DNA of 61,806 nt, the filler included, from Desulfonatronovibrionaceae bacterium (GTDB taxonomy: Bacteria > Desulfobacterota > Desulfovibrionia > Desulfovibrionales > Desulfonatronovibrionaceae): assembly GCA_046539845.1 (NCBI GenBank). It is 3 parts of 3 records of this genome, joined end to end, with 100 filler letters (N's around TTAATTAATTAA, not from the genome) between each part and the next. Parts side by side here need not be neighbours in the genome. Positions count along the whole stretch, not along the records: positions 42,812 to 61,806 come from JBKHGE010000038.1; 2 more parts are not named here. One strand, given 5' to 3'. Shown piece by piece: positions 57,860 to 61,806 of this stretch; positions within the stretch are counted from its first letter, which is position 1; every line of letters begins with the position of its first letter. The notes below the pieces were generated by a model. That model did not search any database and was not told the origin of the DNA. It saw only the letters and a list, made by a program, of their open reading frames with translations. The position numbers and the translations under genes were made by a program.

Positions 57860-58114
57860 ATGGATCTAAAAACTCAGCTGAAAGAAAAACTCATCGAGGG
57901 ACTCAACCTGGAAGACGTCCGGGCCGAGGATATAAAGGACGACGAGCCCCTTTTCGGGGAAGGCCTGGGCCTGGATTCCCTGGATGCGGTGGAGCTGGTG
58001 GTCATTGTCCAGAAAAACTTCGGGGTGGAAATTACCGATATGGAACAGGGCCGGGACGCCTTCGCCTCAATAAACGCCCTGGCTGATTTTATAGAAAAAA
58101 ACCGAAACAGCTAG
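57860..58114 (+). CDS. Acyl carrier protein (aryl-polyene-type)
   Basis: PLFGEGLGLDSLDAVEL and FASINALADFI. Confidence 0.92.
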   Translation: MDLKTQLKEKLIEGLNLEDVRAEDIKDDEPLFGEGLGLDSLDAVELVVIVQKNFGVEITDMEQGRDAFASINALADFIEKNRNS

Positions 58115-58133
58115 GCAATTATTCGTAAAATAA

Positions 58134-58166
58134 AAGCCCTGCCCCGCTTAAAGCGGAGCAGGGCTT
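58134..58166. terminator. Hairpin terminator between the convergent ACP and RRM genes
   Basis: aagccctgccccgct-taa-agcggagcagggctt. Confidence 0.75.
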
Positions 58167-58188
58167 GATCGACTTATGAAGTCCGGGC

Positions 58189-58449
58189 CTACCAGCGTTT
58201 CTGAGGCCTGGGACGTGCTTCGTTAACCTTCAGGTTACGGCCGCCCATTTCACTGCCATCAAGCTCCTTGATAGCTTCATCCGCTGCAGAGTCTTCCATC
58301 TCCACAAAACCGAAACCCCGGGACCTTCCTGTTTCCCGATCATAAATAATTTTCGCGGACATGACCTCGCCGTACTGGGCAAAGGTGTCACGCACGTCGT
58401 CTTCCGAGGAAGACCAAGGCAAATTTCCGACATAGATGTTCTTAGCCAT
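58189..58449 (-). CDS. RRM RNA-binding protein
   Basis: IYVGNL (RNP2) and RGFGFVEM (RNP1). Confidence 0.95.
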   Translation of the reverse strand: MAKNIYVGNLPWSSSEDDVRDTFAQYGEVMSAKIIYDRETGRSRGFGFVEMEDSAADEAIKELDGSEMGGRNLKVNEARPRPQKRW

Positions 58450-58795
58450 TCTAAAACCACTCCTTTGAAAAAAACAATAAATCTTGGACTATCGAGCGAG
58501 GCGGGAAACAGCCAGGAAGGCAGAAAGATTCCGACAGGACCCGAAAAGACCAAACCGGGCGGAAGACATCTACCGCCCAAAATCCAAAAAACAACCATGC
58601 AGGCTTTTCCGCCCACATATGCAGGGGCTTTAAACCAAAAACGAAAGCCTTGTCCAGTACTTTTATCCCTTTTTTTCATTTTTAGGGCAAAAAGCCCAAA
58701 CCGATTCAAGACCGGGGCCTGAACTCGTTTTTCGAAGCGCAAAAACCGGACCGGGCGCCTTGTTTTGTCCGTAGCCGGGTGCTAAGGATCGGGCC

Positions 58796-60079
58796 ATGCT
58801 CAACCGCACCTATCCCCAGGAGATAAAAAGGGCCCGTCTGGGCTGGTGCCTGTATGACTGGGCCAATTCCGCATTCGCCACGGTTGTTCTGGCGGCTGTT
58901 TTGCCCGTGTATTTCGTGGGTCTGGTCCCGGAGGACGGAGTGCGCATCCTGGGGCTTAAGCGTCCGGTATCCGCCTCTTCTTTGTGGAGCCTGGCTGTGT
59001 CTCTATCCATGCTCTGCCTATTCTTCTCCGCCCCTTATCTCGGGGCCTGGACAGACAGATACAAAAGGCACCGCCAGACATTATTTGTACTCTGCCTGGC
59101 CGGGGCCGCGGCCACCATGCTCTTGTCCCTGGCCAAAGAAGGTATGTATATATACGCCTTGGTGGTATTCATGGCCGCCAATTGGTGCTTTGCCGCCTCG
59201 AACATCGCCTACAACTCCTTTCTGCCTTCCCTGGCCCGGACCGAAGCGGAAAAGGACAAATTGTCCGCCCGGGGGTTTGCCCTGGGTTATGTGGGCGGGG
59301 GGCTGGCCCTTCTTATCGTGTTCATCCTGGCCGCCGAATACAGCCTGTTCGGGTTTTCCTCCCGGGAGGCGGCAGTCCGCTTCGGATTTTTTTTCACCGG
59401 GTTGTGGTGGGCGGTGTTTACCGTGCCCGTGTATCTCATGCTCAAACACGCCCCGGTAGCCGCCAGACACGCCGCCCTGCCACACGGGATCTTCGGGTAT
59501 TTCCAGATCCTGACCGAGATCCGCCATTTTCCCCGGCTCATGCGCTTCCTTATCGCCTATCTGTTCTACAACGACGGGATCCAGACCATTATCGCCGTAT
59601 CCGCGGTATTCGCCCGGGAGGAGCTCGGCCTGGGAACAACCACGATCTTGGGGGCCTTTCTCATGGTCCAGTTCCTGGCCGCACCCGGAGCGCTTTTATT
59701 TGGCTATCTTGCGGAAAAGACAGGGACCAAAAAGACTTTGCTTTCGGCCATAGTCGTGTTCATCGGGGTGGTGATCTACGCCTTTTTTCTGCAGACCGCA
59801 GTGCAGTTCTGGATCATGGCCGGGGTGATCGCCCTGGTCCTGGGCGGGAGTCAGGCCGCCTCCAGGTCCCTTTATGCCTCCCTGCTGCCCGGAGACAGGC
59901 ATGCGGAATTCTTCGGCTTCTATGCCATGAGCTCCAAACTGGCCTCGATCCTGGGACCGTTCACCTTCGCCGGAATGGCCCACCTCACCGGGTCCATCCG
60001 GGGAGGGCTCTTGAGCCTGGTGGCCTTTTTCATAATCGGGGGAGTGCTCCTTCTCCAGGTAAGGACTCATGACGGATAA
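58796..60079 (+). CDS. MFS transporter (UMF1/ATG22-like)
   Basis: WCLYDWANSAF, YNDGIQT and GGSQAASRSLY. Confidence 0.9.
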   Translation: MLNRTYPQEIKRARLGWCLYDWANSAFATVVLAAVLPVYFVGLVPEDGVRILGLKRPVSASSLWSLAVSLSMLCLFFSAPYLGAWTDRYKRHRQTLFVLCLAGAAATMLLSLAKEGMYIYALVVFMAANWCFAASNIAYNSFLPSLARTEAEKDKLSARGFALGYVGGGLALLIVFILAAEYSLFGFSSREAAVRFGFFFTGLWWAVFTVPVYLMLKHAPVAARHAALPHGIFGYFQILTEIRHFPRLMRFLIAYLFYNDGIQTIIAVSAVFAREELGLGTTTILGAFLMVQFLAAPGALLFGYLAEKTGTKKTLLSAIVVFIGVVIYAFFLQTAVQFWIMAGVIALVLGGSQAASRSLYASLLPGDRHAEFFGFYAMSSKLASILGPFTFAGMAHLTGSIRGGLLSLVAFFIIGGVLLLQVRTHDG

Positions 60080-60272
60080 CAGAAGCACTTCCTGTATCTT
60101 CCACCTTGCAGTAGGGGACCCTATTCGGCCGACACATATACTCCCCCTGCCTTCAAATCAAACTCGCGCGTGAAGTTCCCCTGAATTATTAGGAAATTCT
60201 CAAAGTCTGGGTGAATTTTGCCAAGTATATCTGCATATTTCTGGTTTCTTATCTATGATTTACGCTTGAGAC

Positions 60273-61589
60273 CTATTTCGTGCTTTCAGGTAGAAAAAAT
60301 TTAATCGCCGGCAGACAGTGAATCTCCATCCCGGCCATGCGCACAATGTCTTCGTAATCATTGCTTATAAGCAATCTTTGCGTTTGCGGGCTCGCTCTGT
60401 CCTGCTTGAAAAATGAATTCAGCTCCCGTTCAGGGATACTGGCGGTCTGGCTGTCTTCGTGCCAGACCTGAATAAGTTTGCTTATCTCGGGTCCTTCCTT
60501 GACCACAAAATCGATCTCAAAACCGTTGGACAGGAAATAAATTTCTTCATGTCTTCTTTTAAGCTCGCAGTAAACAGCATTCTCAATAACACGCCCCGAA
60601 TCCGCGGAAAAAGAAAAGGCCACTCTGTTACGCAGTCCGGAATCAATCGCATAGGGTTTGAATCCGCTCCTGAGAGTATTTTTCAGGGAGAAGGCAAATT
60701 TTTGGACTTGAAACAACAGATAGCTCTCCAAAACAGCGGAAACATAGTTTTCCGTTTTGTCCTGGGAAATGGAAAATTTTTTTCTGAGCTTGTTCACGCT
60801 GGTTGGTTTGGCGATGTTCGTCAGCAAATAGACCGCGAGGTTACGAAGGTTGGCTATATCTCTGATTTCGTAGCGGGTGGCTATATCGCGGTAGAGAATG
60901 TCCTCAAAATAATTTTTAAGCAGGAGCATTTTGTCTTTATCCCTTTCCTTGAGGACGACTTCCGGAAAGCCCCCATACTTCAGATATTCGCGGAATAGGT
61001 GGCGTATAATTGTTTTATTGTGTACATAATCAACTTCGTTTTTGATGCTGATGTCGTTGAACTTGAGAAACTCGCTAAAGGAGAGAGGATAAATTTCGAA
61101 AGATACCTGGCGTCCGGTAAGTTTGGTGCCTATTTCCCGGCTCAACATTTGCGAGGACGAGCCGGTAAGAAAAATTTTGACTTCTTCTGTTTCCAACCTC
61201 CCGCGCACCCAACTTTCCCAACCACTTATATTTTGTATTTCATCCAGAAAAAGCCATACCTTTTCATTCGGCTGGACTCTTTCCCTGTAGAGGCGGTATA
61301 TTTGCTCCAGCAGGTCGATCGAGTATTCCGAGGAAAAAAGGGGCTCTTCAAAATTTATTTTAAGGATGCGGGTTGGAGATATCCCGTTACGCAGAAGATG
61401 GTGGATTATCTGATCCAGAAGGGTTGATTTGCCACTGCGACGGACCCCCTTGATAACAATCGCTTCCTTGGATTCGAGTTGATCCAAGCAGGTGGAGAGG
61501 ATGTCTCGTGGGAGCCCACACTCGATTTCGCCTGTGGACCAGAAGTAGTTGTAGTCCGCCAGGATTTGAAACAATTTGAAATTTTGCAT
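60273..61589 (-). CDS. AAA ATPase with a DUF4143-like C-terminal domain
   Basis: GVRRSGKST, FLDEIQ, TGSS, YGGFPE, ENAVY and EIDFV. Low GC. Confidence 0.9.
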   Translation of the reverse strand: MQNFKLFQILADYNYFWSTGEIECGLPRDILSTCLDQLESKEAIVIKGVRRSGKSTLLDQIIHHLLRNGISPTRILKINFEEPLFSSEYSIDLLEQIYRLYRERVQPNEKVWLFLDEIQNISGWESWVRGRLETEEVKIFLTGSSSQMLSREIGTKLTGRQVSFEIYPLSFSEFLKFNDISIKNEVDYVHNKTIIRHLFREYLKYGGFPEVVLKERDKDKMLLLKNYFEDILYRDIATRYEIRDIANLRNLAVYLLTNIAKPTSVNKLRKKFSISQDKTENYVSAVLESYLLFQVQKFAFSLKNTLRSGFKPYAIDSGLRNRVAFSFSADSGRVIENAVYCELKRRHEEIYFLSNGFEIDFVVKEGPEISKLIQVWHEDSQTASIPERELNSFFKQDRASPQTQRLLISNDYEDIVRMAGMEIHCLPAIKFFLPESTK

Positions 61590-61806
61590 AACTAGTTTCG
61601 ACTATATCGGTTGTTCTCACTTACTTTGCCAACGATATATCGGTAAGTCAAGCAAGAAATAAAAAACTTTTAGGATTCGCTTGAGCCAATGCGAATTAAT
61701 TCCCATCCGGAAATCTTTGCATTCCCGGATAAGGACGGATCAGGCAGATATAATCAGACCTCGCGCCAGGCGCTTATCATGGGGAAATAAAGCCCGGTTT
61801 TGACCG

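Overview
This is a chromosomal window from a GC-rich anaerobe, most likely a sulfate-reducing Desulfovibrionales (inferred from gene content). It consists of three contigs joined by artificial N/TTAATTAATTAA linkers (22725-22824, 42712-42811). Contig 1 carries transporters, an ArsR-thioredoxin-CcdA-DGC-ArsP cluster, a reduced lactate-oxidation operon, a DUF1538/DUF1538/PII/CBS module and a Tat Fe-S/cytochrome b pair. It ends in an unannotated yoeB toxin fragment followed by a 59-bp attC site. Contig 2 carries rpmH-rnpA-yidD-yidC-jag-mnmE, where rpmH appears nested inside the rnpA frame. It also has dctP, lpxB and envelope genes, a four-helix-bundle pseudogene enclosed by inverted repeats, a B12 radical SAM-TPR gene, a toxin-antitoxin pair and an IS3 fragment. 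Contig 3 carries a nucleotidyltransferase pair and a roughly 14-kb type II FAS/PKS-like lipid cluster. That cluster has 3 KS, a CLF-like protein, an adenylating ligase, 2 ACP, FabG, a CrtI-like oxidoreductase, a PlsC-like acyltransferase and 2 B12 radical SAM enzymes, one fused to an LpxL-like acyltransferase. RRM, MFS and AAA genes follow. The best candidates for new biology are the radical-SAM lipid cluster, the repeat-flanked small accessory genes and the rpmH-in-rnpA overlap. All family assignments come from motif recognition by eye, with no database searches.
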